A stretch of 64,000 bases of DNA from Escherichia coli (lineage in GTDB: Bacteria > Pseudomonadota > Gammaproteobacteria > Enterobacterales > Enterobacteriaceae). This document shows, piece by piece, positions 15,469 through 26,231 of the stretch. The DNA is taken from the NCBI RefSeq assembly GCF_002854065.1, contig NZ_CP024147.1. The stretch is one strand, 5' to 3'. The notes beneath the pieces were generated by a model. The model was given only the letters and a program-made list of their open reading frames with translations. It searched no databases and had not been told where the DNA came from. Made by a program: the position numbers and the translations under genes. Position 1 is the stretch's first letter. Each line of letters starts with the position of its first letter.

Positions 15469-15894
15469 GTGCAGTTAACGAGTTTCACTGATTACGGATT
15501 ACGTGCGCTGATCTACATGGCGTCATTGCCAGAAGGGCGGATGACCAGTATTTCTGAAGTGACTGACGTCTACGGCGTCTCCCGTAATCATATGGTCAAA
15601 ATAATCAATCAACTTAGTCGTGCCGGCTACGTGACTGCTGTTCGTGGAAAAAATGGCGGCATTCGCCTGGGTAAACCGGCGAGTGCGATACGTATTGGTG
15701 ATGTGGTGCGCGAGCTGGAGCCCTTATCGCTGGTGAATTGCAGCAGTGAGTTTTGCCACATTACACCTGCCTGTCGGTTGAAACAGGCGCTTTCTAAGGC
15801 CGTGCAAAGTTTTCTTACGGAACTGGATAACTACACGCTTGCCGATTTGGTTGAAGAGAATCAACCGCTTTATAAATTATTGCTGGTGGAGTGA
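15469..15894 (+). CDS. nsrR: NO-sensing transcriptional repressor NsrR (Rrf2 family)
   Basis: 141-aa ORF; Rrf2 HTH, three Cys cluster ligands ([12 protein letters not shown]). Confidence 0.95.
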
Positions 15895-15932
15895 CGAAAA
15901 TCTTCATCAGAGATGACAACGGAGGAACCGAG

Positions 15933-18374
15933 ATGTCACAAGATCCTTTCCAGGAACGCGAAGCTGAAAAATACGCGAATCCCATCCCTAGTCGGGAATT
16001 TATCCTCGAACATTTAACCAAACGTGAAAAACCGGCCAGCCGTGATGAGCTGGCGGTAGAACTGCACATTGAAGGCGAAGAGCAGCTTGAAGGCCTGCGT
16101 CGCCGCCTGCGCGCGATGGAGCGCGATGGTCAACTGGTCTTCACTCGTCGTCAGTGCTATGCGCTGCCGGAACGCCTCGACCTGGTGAAAGGTACCGTTA
16201 TTGGCCACCGTGATGGCTACGGCTTTCTGCGGGTTGAAGGGCGTAAAGATGATTTGTATCTCTCCAGCGAGCAGATGAAAACCTGCATTCATGGCGATCA
16301 GGTGCTGGCGCAGCCGCTGGGCGCTGACCGTAAAGGTCGTCGTGAAGCGCGTATTGTCCGCGTACTGGTGCCAAAAACCAGCCAGATTGTTGGTCGCTAC
16401 TTTACCGAAGCGGGCGTCGGCTTTGTGGTTCCTGACGATAGCCGTCTGAGCTTCGATATCTTAATCCCGCCCGATCAGATCATGGGCGCGCGGATGGGCT
16501 TTGTGGTCGTAGTCGAACTGACTCAGCGTCCGACTCGCCGCACCAAAGCGGTGGGTAAAATCGTCGAAGTCCTTGGCGATAATATGGGCACCGGCATGGC
16601 GGTTGATATCGCTCTGCGTACCCATGAAATTCCGTACATCTGGCCGCAGGCTGTTGAGCAACAGGTTGCCGGGCTGAAAGAAGAAGTGCCGGAAGAAGCA
16701 AAAGCGGGCCGTGTTGATCTGCGCGATTTACCGCTGGTCACCATTGATGGCGAAGACGCCCGTGACTTTGACGATGCAGTTTACTGCGAGAAAAAACGCG
16801 GCGGCGGCTGGCGTTTATGGGTCGCGATTGCTGACGTCAGCTACTATGTGCGTCCGCCAACGCCGCTGGACAGAGAAGCGCGTAACCGTGGCACGTCGGT
16901 GTACTTCCCTTCGCAGGTTATCCCGATGCTGCCGGAAGTGCTCTCTAACGGTCTGTGCTCGCTCAATCCGCAGGTAGACCGCCTGTGTATGGTGTGCGAG
17001 ATGACGGTTTCGTCGAAAGGCCGCCTGACGGGCTACAAATTCTACGAAGCGGTGATGAGCTCTCACGCGCGTCTGACCTACACCAAAGTCTGGCATATTC
17101 TGCAGGGCGATCAGGATCTGCGCGAGCAGTACGCTCCGCTGGTTAAGCATCTCGAAGAGTTGCATAACCTCTATAAAGTGCTGGATAAAGCCCGTGAAGA
17201 ACGTGGCGGGATCTCATTTGAGAGCGAAGAAGCGAAGTTTATTTTCAACGCTGAACGCCGTATTGAGCGTATCGAACAGACTCAGCGTAACGACGCGCAC
17301 AAGTTAATTGAAGAGTGCATGATTCTGGCGAATATCTCGGCGGCGCGTTTCGTTGAGAAAGCCAAAGAACCGGCACTGTTCCGTATTCACGACAAGCCGA
17401 GCACCGAAGCGATTACCTCTTTCCGTTCAGTGCTGGCAGAGCTGGGGCTGGAACTGCCGGGCGGTAACAAGCCGGAACCGCGCGACTACGCGGAGCTGCT
17501 GGAGTCGGTTGCCGACCGTCCTGATGCAGAAATGCTGCAAACCATGCTGCTGCGCTCGATGAAACAGGCGATTTACGATCCGGAAAACCGTGGTCACTTT
17601 GGCCTGGCATTGCAGTCCTATGCGCACTTTACTTCGCCGATTCGTCGTTATCCTGACCTGACGCTGCACCGCGCCATTAAGTATCTGTCGGCGAAAGAGC
17701 AGGGGCATCAGGGCAACACCACTGAAACCGGTGGCTACCATTATTCGATGGAAGAGATGCTGCAACTGGGTCAGCACTGTTCGATGGCGGAACGTCGTGC
17801 CGACGAAGCAACGCGCGATGTGGCTGACTGGCTGAAGTGTGACTTCATGCTCGACCAGGTAGGTAACGTCTTTAAAGGCGTAATTTCCAGCGTCACTGGC
17901 TTTGGCTTCTTCGTCCGTCTGGACGACTTGTTCATTGATGGGCTGGTCCATGTCTCTTCGCTGGACAATGACTACTATCGCTTTGACCAGGTAGGGCAAC
18001 GCCTGATGGGTGAATCCAGCGGCCAGACTTATCGCCTGGGCGATCGCGTGGAAGTTCGCGTCGAAGCGGTTAATATGGACGAGCGCAAAATCGACTTTAG
18101 CCTGATCTCCAGCGAACGCGCACCGCGCAACGTCGGTAAAACGGCGCGCGAGAAAGCGAAAAAAGGCGATGCAGGTAAAAAAGGCGGCAAGCGTCGTCAG
18201 GTCGGTAAAAAGGTAAACTTTGAGCCAGACAGCGCCTTCCGCGGTGAGAAAAAAACGAAGCCGAAAGCAGCGAAGAAAGACGCGAGAAAAGCGAAAAAGC
18301 CATCGGCGAAAACGCAGAAAATAGCTGCAGCGACCAAAGCGAAGCGTGCGGCGAAGAAAAAAGTGGCAGAGTGA
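15933..18374 (+). CDS. rnr: Ribonuclease R (RNB family 3'-5' exoribonuclease) with Lys-rich C-terminal tail
   Basis: Track ORF 15891..18374; start at [23 protein letters not shown]; RNB and S1 domains; 813 aa. Confidence 0.96.
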   Translation: MSQDPFQEREAEKYANPIPSREFILEHLTKREKPASRDELAVELHIEGEEQLEGLRRRLRAMERDGQLVFTRRQCYALPERLDLVKGTVIGHRDGYGFLRVEGRKDDLYLSSEQMKTCIHGDQVLAQPLGADRKGRREARIVRVLVPKTSQIVGRYFTEAGVGFVVPDDSRLSFDILIPPDQIMGARMGFVVVVELTQRPTRRTKAVGKIVEVLGDNMGTGMAVDIALRTHEIPYIWPQAVEQQVAGLKEEVPEEAKAGRVDLRDLPLVTIDGEDARDFDDAVYCEKKRGGGWRLWVAIADVSYYVRPPTPLDREARNRGTSVYFPSQVIPMLPEVLSNGLCSLNPQVDRLCMVCEMTVSSKGRLTGYKFYEAVMSSHARLTYTKVWHILQGDQDLREQYAPLVKHLEELHNLYKVLDKAREERGGISFESEEAKFIFNAERRIERIEQTQRNDAHKLIEECMILANISAARFVEKAKEPALFRIHDKPSTEAITSFRSVLAELGLELPGGNKPEPRDYAELLESVADRPDAEMLQTMLLRSMKQAIYDPENRGHFGLALQSYAHFTSPIRRYPDLTLHRAIKYLSAKEQGHQGNTTETGGYHYSMEEMLQLGQHCSMAERRADEATRDVADWLKCDFMLDQVGNVFKGVISSVTGFGFFVRLDDLFIDGLVHVSSLDNDYYRFDQVGQRLMGESSGQTYRLGDRVEVRVEAVNMDERKIDFSLISSERAPRNVGKTAREKAKKGDAGKKGGKRRQVGKKVNFEPDSAFRGEKKTKPKAAKKDARKAKKPSAKTQKIAAATKAKRAAKKKVAE

Positions 18375-18432
18375 TCATTACCCTCTTCAAACAGAAGAGG
18401 GTTAGATTGCTGACAAAATGCGCTTTGTTCAT

Positions 18433-18530
18433 GCCGGATGCGGCGTGAACGCCTTATCCGGCCTACATAATCACGCAAATTCAATATATTGCAGGGATCA
18501 TGTAGACCGGATAAACGTAGTGCATCAGGC
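18433..18530. repeat. REP/BIME palindromic elements
   Basis: GCCGGATGCGGCGTGAACGCCTTATCCGGCCTAC and inverted partner TAGACCGGATAAACGTAGTGCATCAGGC. Confidence 0.8.
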
Positions 18531-18554
18531 AAAACGTAAACAACGAGTACATTA

Positions 18555-19286
18555 ATGAGCGAAATGATTTACGGCATCCACGCAGTGCAGGCCCTGCTGG
18601 AGCGCGCCCCTGAACGTTTTCAGGAAGTCTTTATTTTAAAAGGCCGTGAAGATAAACGTCTGTTACCGCTGATTCACGCCCTTGAGTCTCAGGGCGTGGT
18701 TATCCAGTTGGCAAACCGCCAATATCTCGACGAGAAAAGCGACGGTGCCGTGCATCAGGGCATTATCGCCCGCGTGAAGCCAGGACGTCAGTATCAGGAA
18801 AACGATCTGCCGGATCTGATCGCTTCGCTCGATCAACCGTTCCTGCTGATCCTCGACGGTGTAACCGATCCGCACAACCTCGGCGCGTGCCTGCGTAGCG
18901 CGGACGCTGCTGGCGTTCACGCGGTGATTGTGCCGAAAGATCGCTCCGCACAGCTCAACGCCACGGCGAAAAAAGTAGCCTGCGGCGCGGCAGAAAGCGT
19001 TCCACTGATTCGGGTGACTAACCTTGCGCGCACCATGCGTATGTTGCAGGAAGAGAATATCTGGATCGTCGGTACGGCAGGCGAGGCGGATCATACACTC
19101 TATCAGAGCAAAATGACCGGACGCCTGGCGCTGGTGATGGGCGCGGAAGGTGAAGGTATGCGTCGCCTGACCCGTGAACATTGCGATGAGTTGATCAGCA
19201 TCCCAATGGCAGGAAGTGTTTCTTCTCTGAACGTTTCGGTTGCAACCGGAATTTGCTTATTTGAAGCGGTTCGTCAGCGCAGCTAG
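18555..19286 (+). CDS. rlmB: 23S rRNA (guanosine2251-2'-O)-methyltransferase RlmB (SpoU/TrmH family)
   Basis: 243-aa [25 protein letters not shown]; SPOUT motifs. Confidence 0.95.
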
Positions 19287-19299
19287 TTCCTCTGAATTA

Positions 19300-19340
19300 T
19301 GAAAAGCCATCCAGATTTGGATGGTTTTTTTTTGTCTATA
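19300..19340 (+). terminator. Rho-independent terminator after rlmB
   Basis: CCATCCAGATTTGGATGG hairpin followed by T9. Confidence 0.7.
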
Positions 19341-19412
19341 GCTGGTAAGATAATTACGTACTGCAAATATTCATTTTATTAATATTTAAACTAAATCTAT
19401 ATGGAATAATAT

Positions 19413-19814
19413 ATGACATGGAATCCGTTGGCGCTGGCGACGGCGCTGCAAACTGTACCTGAACAAAATATTGATGTAACAAATAGCGAGAACGCATTAA
19501 TTATTAAAATGAATGATTATGGCGATTTGCAAATCAATATTCTTTTTACTTCCCGCCAAATGATTATCGAAACCTTTATTTGTCCGGTAAGTAGTATCAG
19601 CAATCCAGATAAATTTAATACCTTCTTATTAAGAAATCAGAAGATGATGCCGTTGTCATCGGTAGGAATCTCCAGCGTGCAACAGGAAGAGTATTACATT
19701 GTTTTCGGGGCGTTATCGCTTAAATCTTCTCTTGAAGATATCCTGCTTGAGATAACCTCGCTGGTAGATAACGCATTGGATCTGGCTGAAATTACAGAAG
19801 AATATTCACACTAA
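19413..19814 (+). CDS. yjfI: Uncharacterised protein YjfI (DUF2170)
   Basis: 133-aa ORF; first gene of tightly spaced yjfI-yjfC cluster. Confidence 0.85.
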   Translation: MTWNPLALATALQTVPEQNIDVTNSENALIIKMNDYGDLQINILFTSRQMIIETFICPVSSISNPDKFNTFLLRNQKMMPLSSVGISSVQQEEYYIVFGALSLKSSLEDILLEITSLVDNALDLAEITEEYSH

Positions 19815-19832
19815 TTACAAGGACGGGTATTT

Positions 19833-20531
19833 ATGGGAATTTTAAAAAGTTTATTTACGCTGGGGAAATCGTTTATCTCCCAGGCGGAAGAATCCATTGA
19901 AGAAACCCAGGGTGTGCGCATGCTGGAACAGCATATTCGTGACGCTAAAGCTGAACTCGATAAAGCCGGAAAATCTCGCGTTGATCTGCTGGCGCGGGTG
20001 AAATTAAGTCACGATAAGCTGAAAGATTTACGTGAGCGCAAAGCCAGTCTGGAAGCCCGTGCGCTGGAAGCGTTAAGCAAGAACGTTAATCCGTCGCTGA
20101 TTAACGAAGTTGCTGAAGAAATCGCGCGCCTTGAGAATCTCATTACCGCTGAAGAGCAAGTGTTGTCGAATCTGGAAGTCTCCCGTGATGGCGTGGAAAA
20201 AGCAGTTACAGCGACAGCGCAGCGTATCGCTCAGTTTGAGCAGCAAATGGAAGTCGTTAAAGCCACTGAAGCCATGCAGCGTGCACAACAGGCTGTAACA
20301 ACCTCTACCGTTGGCGCATCTTCCAGCGTTTCGACAGCGGCAGAATCCTTAAAACGCCTGCAAACGCGTCAGGCAGAACGTCAGGCTCGCCTGGATGCTG
20401 CCGCACAGTTGGAGAAAGTCGCAGACGGTCGCGACCTTGACGAAAAGCTGGCGGAAGCCGGAATTGGCGGTAGCAATAAAAGTAGCGCCCAGGATGTATT
20501 AGCAAGACTGCAACGCCAACAGGGCGAGTAA
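19833..20531 (+). CDS. yjfJ: PspA/IM30-family protein YjfJ (coiled-coil, ESCRT-III-like)
   Basis: 232-aa ORF, heptad-rich; resembles PspA/Vipp1. Confidence 0.88.
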   Translation: MGILKSLFTLGKSFISQAEESIEETQGVRMLEQHIRDAKAELDKAGKSRVDLLARVKLSHDKLKDLRERKASLEARALEALSKNVNPSLINEVAEEIARLENLITAEEQVLSNLEVSRDGVEKAVTATAQRIAQFEQQMEVVKATEAMQRAQQAVTTSTVGASSSVSTAAESLKRLQTRQAERQARLDAAAQLEKVADGRDLDEKLAEAGIGGSNKSSAQDVLARLQRQQGE

Positions 20532-20581
20532 TTTTTTTGCCAGCCTCACTGCAAGGCTGGCAACTATTTTAAGGATAAAAT

Positions 20582-21241
20582 ATGTCTGGTTTTTTCCAGC
20601 GTCTGTTTGGCAAGGATAATAAGCCTGCTATCGCTCGCGGTCCGCTGGGACTTCATCTCAATAGTGGCTTTACGCTCGACACGTTAGCGTTTCGTTTGCT
20701 GGAAGATGAATTGCTGATTGCGCTGCCGGGTGAGGAATTTACGGTAGCCGCTGTCAGCCACATCGATCTGGGCGGCGGTAGTCAGATTTTCCGCTACTAC
20801 ACTTCAGGCAATGAGTTTCTGCAAATCAATACCACCGGCGGCGAAGATATTGATGATATTGATGATATCAAGCTCTTTGTCTATGAAGAGAGCTACGGTA
20901 TCAGTAAAGAGAGTCACTGGCGCGAGGCGATCAACGCCAAAACGATGGGGGCAATGACCTTAAACTGGCAGGAAAAACGCTGGCAGCGATTTTTTAACAG
21001 CGAAGAACCGGGAAATATCGAACCCGTCTACATGCTGGAAAAAGTAGAAAATCAAAATCATGCTAAATGGGAAGTCCATAATTTTACCATGGGCTACCAG
21101 CGGCAAGTGACCGAAGATACTTACGAATATTTGCTGCTAAATGGTGAGGAATCTTTTAACGATCTCGGCGAGCCAGAGTGGTTATTTTCGCGCGCGTTGG
21201 GTGTCGATATCCCGCTGACATCACTTCATATTATTGGTTAA
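20582..21241 (+). CDS. yjfK: Uncharacterised protein YjfK (DUF2491)
   Basis: 219-aa ORF in cluster. Confidence 0.85.
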   Translation: MSGFFQRLFGKDNKPAIARGPLGLHLNSGFTLDTLAFRLLEDELLIALPGEEFTVAAVSHIDLGGGSQIFRYYTSGNEFLQINTTGGEDIDDIDDIKLFVYEESYGISKESHWREAINAKTMGAMTLNWQEKRWQRFFNSEEPGNIEPVYMLEKVENQNHAKWEVHNFTMGYQRQVTEDTYEYLLLNGEESFNDLGEPEWLFSRALGVDIPLTSLHIIG

Positions 21242-21258
21242 TTACAAGGACGTTTACA

Positions 21259-21657
21259 ATGCATATACTGGATTCACTTCTTGCCTTTAGTGCCTATTTT
21301 TTTATTGGCGTGGCTATGGTGATTATTTTTCTGTTTATCTACTCCAAAATTACACCGCACAATGAATGGCAATTAATCAAAAACAATAATACCGCAGCGT
21401 CACTGGCGTTCAGCGGTACATTGTTGGGTTACGTGATCCCCTTATCCAGTGCGGCAATCAATGCGGTGAGTATTCCAGACTATTTCGCCTGGGGCGGGAT
21501 TGCACTGGTGATTCAGTTACTCGTTTTTGCTGGTGTCAGACTTTATATGCCCGCATTAAGCGAAAAAATTATTAATCACAATACCGCAGCAGGAATGTTT
21601 ATGGGAACCGCCGCGCTGGCTGGCGGTATTTTTAACGCAGCTTGTATGACATGGTAA
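21259..21657 (+). CDS. yjfL: Inner-membrane protein YjfL (DUF350)
   Basis: Track ORF 21178..21657; start at MHILDSLLAFSAYFFIGVAMVIIFLFIY; 132 aa, multiple TM segments. Confidence 0.85.
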   Translation: MHILDSLLAFSAYFFIGVAMVIIFLFIYSKITPHNEWQLIKNNNTAASLAFSGTLLGYVIPLSSAAINAVSIPDYFAWGGIALVIQLLVFAGVRLYMPALSEKIINHNTAAGMFMGTAALAGGIFNAACMTW

Positions 21658-21666
21658 TGGACGATC

Positions 21667-22305
21667 ATGGCCAGAAAACGCAAATCAAGAAATAACAGTA
21701 AAATTGGTCACGGAGCGATCAGTCGCATTGGTAGACCGAATAATCCTTTTGAACCGCGTCGCAATCGCTACGCACAAAAATACTTAACGTTGGCGCTAAT
21801 GGGCGGTGCCGCTTTTTTAATAGTCAAAGGATGGAGTGAAAGTAGCGATGTCGATAACGACGGCGACGGAACGTTTTACTCGACTGTGCAGGATTGTATT
21901 GATGACGGTAATAATGCCGACATTTGCGCGCGTGGCTGGAACAACGCCAAAGCAGCATTTTATGCCGATGTTCCGAAGAATATGACTCAGCAGAATTGTC
22001 AGTCTAAGTACGAAAATTGCTACTACGACAACGTTGAACAGAGTTGGATCCCGGTCGTTTCTGGATTTTTGTTAAGCCGGGTTATTCGTAAAGATCGCGA
22101 TGAGCAGTTTGTTTATAACAGCGGCGGTTCCTCTTTTGCTTCGCGCCCCGTCTGGCGCAACACTTCTGGTGATTACTCCTGGCGCTCCGGTTCTGGCAAA
22201 AAAGAGTCTTACTCTTCAGGCGGCTTTACCACCAGAAAAGCGTCGACCGTTTCGCGCGGCGGCTATGGTCGTTCTTCCAGCGCCCGTGGGCATTGGGGAG
22301 GCTAA
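21667..22305 (+). CDS. yjfM: Uncharacterised protein YjfM (DUF1190); Cys-rich centre, Gly/Ser/Arg-rich C-terminus
   Basis: 212-aa ORF; basic N-terminus, TM, Cys-rich segment, low-complexity tail. Confidence 0.85.
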   Translation: MARKRKSRNNSKIGHGAISRIGRPNNPFEPRRNRYAQKYLTLALMGGAAFLIVKGWSESSDVDNDGDGTFYSTVQDCIDDGNNADICARGWNNAKAAFYADVPKNMTQQNCQSKYENCYYDNVEQSWIPVVSGFLLSRVIRKDRDEQFVYNSGGSSFASRPVWRNTSGDYSWRSGSGKKESYSSGGFTTRKASTVSRGGYGRSSSARGHWGG

Positions 22306-22307
22306 CC

Positions 22308-23471
22308 ATGCTGAGACACAACGTTCCTGTGCGACGGGATCTGGACCAGATCGCCGCTGACAACGGTTTCGACTTTCATATCATCGACAATGAAATCTAT
22401 TGGGATGAGAGTCGGGCTTACCGTTTTACTCTGCGCCAGATTGAAGAGCAGATCGAAAAACCGACTGCGGAACTGCATCAGATGTGCCTTGAGGTGGTGG
22501 ATCGCGCGGTTAAAGACGAAGAGATCCTGACGCAACTGGCGATCCCGCCGTTGTACTGGGATGTGATCGCTGAAAGCTGGCGCGCACGCGATCCTTCGCT
22601 GTATGGCCGGATGGATTTTGCCTGGTGTGGCAATGCGCCGGTGAAGCTGCTGGAGTACAACGCCGATACGCCGACCTCGTTGTATGAGTCGGCTTATTTC
22701 CAGTGGTTGTGGCTGGAGGATGCCCGGCGCAGTGGCATTATTCCGCGTGATGCCGATCAGTACAATGCCATTCAGGAACGCCTGATTTCACGCTTTAGCG
22801 AGCTTTACAGTCGGGAACCGTTTTATTTTTGCTGCTGTCAGGACACCGATGAAGACAGGAGTACCGTGCTGTACTTGCAGGACTGCGCCCAGCAGGCAGG
22901 GCAGGAGTCGCGGTTTATCTACATTGAAGATCTCGGTTTGGGCGTCGGCGGCGTACTGACCGATCTTGATGATAATGTCATCCAGCGTGCATTTAAGCTG
23001 TATCCGCTGGAGTGGATGATGCGTGACGATAACGGTCCGCTGCTGCGCAAGCGTCGCGAGCAATGGGTGGAGCCGTTATGGAAAAGTATCTTGAGTAATA
23101 AAGGGCTAATGCCGCTGCTTTGGCGCTTCTTCCCTGGTCATCCTAACCTTCTTGCATCCTGGTTTGAGGGTGAAAAACCGCAGATTGCCGCTGGCGAAAG
23201 CTATGTGCGTAAACCGATCTACTCGCGCGAAGGCGGAAATGTCACCATTTTCGACGGCCAGAATAACGTCGTTGACCACGCTGATGGTGATTACGCCGAT
23301 GAACCGATGATCTACCAGGCGTTTCAACCTCTGCCGCGATTTGGCGATAGCTACACACTCATCGGTAGCTGGATTGTCGATGATGAAGCGTGCGGAATGG
23401 GGATCCGTGAAGATAACACGCTGATCACCAAAGACACCTCACGTTTCATTCCGCATTACATTGCTGGATAA
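22308..23471 (+). CDS. yjfC: Glutathionylspermidine synthase-like ATP-grasp protein YjfC
   Basis: Track ORF 22293..23471; start MLRHNVPVRRDLDQIAADNGF; ~387 aa. Confidence 0.9.
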   Translation: MLRHNVPVRRDLDQIAADNGFDFHIIDNEIYWDESRAYRFTLRQIEEQIEKPTAELHQMCLEVVDRAVKDEEILTQLAIPPLYWDVIAESWRARDPSLYGRMDFAWCGNAPVKLLEYNADTPTSLYESAYFQWLWLEDARRSGIIPRDADQYNAIQERLISRFSELYSREPFYFCCCQDTDEDRSTVLYLQDCAQQAGQESRFIYIEDLGLGVGGVLTDLDDNVIQRAFKLYPLEWMMRDDNGPLLRKRREQWVEPLWKSILSNKGLMPLLWRFFPGHPNLLASWFEGEKPQIAAGESYVRKPIYSREGGNVTIFDGQNNVVDHADGDYADEPMIYQAFQPLPRFGDSYTLIGSWIVDDEACGMGIREDNTLITKDTSRFIPHYIAG

Positions 23472-23554
23472 GAATGTTTTAGCAATCTCTTTCTGTCATG
23501 AATCCATGGCGGTGACCATACTAATGGTGACTGCCATTGATGGAGGGAGACACA

Positions 23555-25180
23555 GTGCACTGGCAAACTCACACCGTTTTTAATCAAGCTATACCATTAA
23601 ATAACAGCAACTTATACCTGTCTGATGGCGCGCTTTGCGAAGCGGTAACGCGTGAAGGTGCTGGCTGGGATAGCGATTTTCTAGCCAGTATTGGTCAGCA
23701 GTTAGGAACGGCTGAATCCCTTGAACTGGGGCGGCTGGCGAATGTGAATCCGCCTGAATTATTGCTCTACGATGCGCAAGGACGCCGTCTGGACGATGTG
23801 CGTTTTCACCCCGCCTGGCACCTGCTGATGCAGGCGCTATGTACCAATCGGGTGCACAATCTTGCCTGGGAAGAAGACGCTCGCTCCGGCACATTTGTGG
23901 CGCGCGCGGCGCGTTTTATGTTACATGCGCAGGTTGAGGCAGGGTCGTTATGTCCGATAACCATGACCTTTGCCGCCACGCCATTGTTGTTACAGATGTT
24001 ACCCGCGCCGTTTCAGGACTGGACCACGCCGCTATTGAGCGATCGCTACGATTCTCACTTATTGCCAGGTGGGCAAAAACGCGGTTTGTTGATTGGCATG
24101 GGCATGACGGAAAAGCAGGGCGGTTCCGATGTTATGAGCAACACCACCCGTGCAGAGCGTCTGGAAGATGGCTCTTATCGGCTGGTGGGGCATAAATGGT
24201 TTTTCTCGGTTCCGCAAAGCGATGCGCATCTGGTGCTGGCGCAGACCGCGGGTGGTCTGTCCTGCTTTTTTGTGCCGCGCTTTTTGCCTGACGGGCAACG
24301 CAACGCGATTCGCCTCGAGCGGCTGAAAGATAAGCTGGGTAATCGCTCTAACGCCAGTTGCGAAGTGGAGTTTCAGGATGCCATTGGTTGGTTGTTGGGG
24401 CAGGAAGGGGAAGGAATTCGTCTGATCCTGAAAATGGGTGGGATGACGCGTTTTGATTGCGCCCTGGGTAGCCATGCCATGATGCGCCGTGCATTTTCGC
24501 TGGCGATTTATCATGCACATCAACGCCATGTTTTTGGTAATCCATTGATCCAACAGCCCCTTATGCGTCATGTCTTAAGTCGCATGGCACTTCAGCTTGA
24601 AGGGCAAACGGCGTTGCTGTTTCGTCTTGCGCGAGCGTGGGACCGGCGTGCCGATGCCAAAGAAGCCCTGTGGGCGCGTTTATTTACGCCTGCGGCAAAA
24701 TTTGTGATCTGCAAAAGAGGTATGCCGTTTGTGGCCGAAGCGATGGAGGTGCTGGGCGGCATTGGTTATTGCGAGGAGAGCGAGCTGCCGCGGCTTTACC
24801 GGGAGATGCCGGTAAACAGTATTTGGGAAGGTTCCGGCAATATTATGTGCCTGGATGTGTTGCGCGTTCTCAATAAGCAAGCGGGCGTATACGACTTATT
24901 GTCGGAAGCATTTGTGGAAGTGAAAGGGCAGGATCGCTATTTTGATCGCGCGGTTCGTCGTTTACAGCAGCAGCTGCGTAAGCCAGCTGAAGAACTGGGG
25001 CGAGAGATTACTCATCAGCTATTCCTGCTGGGCTGCGGTGCGCAAATGTTGAAATATGCTTCTCCGCCAATGGCGCAGGCGTGGTGTCAGGTGATGTTAG
25101 ATACGCGCGGCGGCGTACGGTTGTCAGAGCAGATCCAGAATGATTTATTGCTGCGGGCGACGGGGGGAGTGTGTGTGTAA
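23555..25180 (+). CDS. aidB: Adaptive-response protein AidB (acyl-CoA dehydrogenase family)
   Basis: Track ORF 23537..25180; 541 aa from GTG at 23555 (HWQTHTVFNQ); ACAD fold. Confidence 0.93.
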   Translation: MHWQTHTVFNQAIPLNNSNLYLSDGALCEAVTREGAGWDSDFLASIGQQLGTAESLELGRLANVNPPELLLYDAQGRRLDDVRFHPAWHLLMQALCTNRVHNLAWEEDARSGTFVARAARFMLHAQVEAGSLCPITMTFAATPLLLQMLPAPFQDWTTPLLSDRYDSHLLPGGQKRGLLIGMGMTEKQGGSDVMSNTTRAERLEDGSYRLVGHKWFFSVPQSDAHLVLAQTAGGLSCFFVPRFLPDGQRNAIRLERLKDKLGNRSNASCEVEFQDAIGWLLGQEGEGIRLILKMGGMTRFDCALGSHAMMRRAFSLAIYHAHQRHVFGNPLIQQPLMRHVLSRMALQLEGQTALLFRLARAWDRRADAKEALWARLFTPAAKFVICKRGMPFVAEAMEVLGGIGYCEESELPRLYREMPVNSIWEGSGNIMCLDVLRVLNKQAGVYDLLSEAFVEVKGQDRYFDRAVRRLQQQLRKPAEELGREITHQLFLLGCGAQMLKYASPPMAQAWCQVMLDTRGGVRLSEQIQNDLLLRATGGVCV

Positions 25181-25238
25181 GCGTATACGACTGATGCGAC
25201 GCTGGTTTCGATTAACTAAATGAAATATGTGAAAATTG

Positions 25239-25272
25239 TAGGCCGGACAAGGCGCTCGCGCCGCATCCGGCA
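25239..25272. repeat. REP element
   Basis: AGGCCGGACAAGGCGCTCGCGCCGCATCCGGCA palindromic unit. Confidence 0.75.
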
Positions 25273-25296
25273 TTGTTCATTTGCTGTAGATGACAC

Positions 25297-25572
25297 TCAT
25301 GCATACAGTATCGCCTGTACGCGCCAGTTATCAGGCTGCTGGTCTTCGTACATGGTAATAATGCGGTACCATGACGCACCTTGTTCATCGGCCTTTAACG
25401 CCACGATACGTTCCACGTCCTGCGGATCCCCTGAAATATTGCTAACTGAGATCTGACCTATTTCATTCAGGCCCGTCACGCAGTCAGCACTGGCGAATTC
25501 TGCAGACTGTGCCGTGGCGCTCGCAGGATAAGTCACTAATTGCAGCGAGGGTGAGGCAAGTAATTGTTTCAT
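25297..25572 (-). CDS. yjfN: Periplasmic DUF1471 (YhcN family) protein YjfN
   Basis: Track ORF 25297..25599; start at MKQLLASPSLQLVTYPASATAQSAEF; 91 aa. Confidence 0.85.
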   Translation of the reverse strand: MKQLLASPSLQLVTYPASATAQSAEFASADCVTGLNEIGQISVSNISGDPQDVERIVALKADEQGASWYRIITMYEDQQPDNWRVQAILYA

Positions 25573-25720
25573 CGTCAGCTCCATTTTTCGTTTCCCCACA
25601 TGTTGCAGGGCATTCCATCGCGGTAATAAACGCCCAGGCTTCCAGCCGGTAATTTATTGTGCACAGGTAAACGCATAGGGACGCAAAGCAATGTAAAGCT
25701 GACTATGTAAGTTGTCTGAT

Positions 25721-26050
25721 TTATTTACGGTACAAAATGGCTTGTGAATACCACTGTCCTGTCACGATGGTTTCGTCCACCATGACGACAACGTAATAAT
25801 CAGCTTTTGCAGCGACAGCTTTCGCTTTGATTTCTGCTAATGCGTCATCCGGAGAACCCCGAACCATCGTGCTTACGCTACCTATTCGCTGTAACCCTTG
25901 CGTCTGGTCGCGGCGAATCTCTTGCGGATGGTCCGTTACTGGCGGTGCTGGCTGTGGCGTACCTTGCAGTGCGCTACAGGCACTTAACATCAACACCAAT
26001 AATAAACTGGCAAACCGGTAAATAACGCTATTACGTTTCCTGCTAACCAT
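25721..26050 (-). CDS. bsmA: Biofilm stress and motility lipoprotein BsmA (YjfO)
   Basis: Track ORF 25721..26149; start MVSRKRNSVIYRFASLLLVLMLSACS (lipobox LSAC); 109 aa. Confidence 0.88.
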   Translation of the reverse strand: MVSRKRNSVIYRFASLLLVLMLSACSALQGTPQPAPPVTDHPQEIRRDQTQGLQRIGSVSTMVRGSPDDALAEIKAKAVAAKADYYVVVMVDETIVTGQWYSQAILYRK

Positions 26051-26231
26051 AGTGTAGTGCCTTATTAATTTAACTTTGGGGGAATGTTCCCGAATTGTTA
26101 CCTGGTACGCGATTTTCGAATGAAAACGTGACGAAAGCGTAACCCACATCTCAACATTATGAACTAATACCGCCAGCAGAAACTTGTGCTAAGGATTTCT
26201 TCATGTCATACCAGACAAAAAGGAGAGACAG

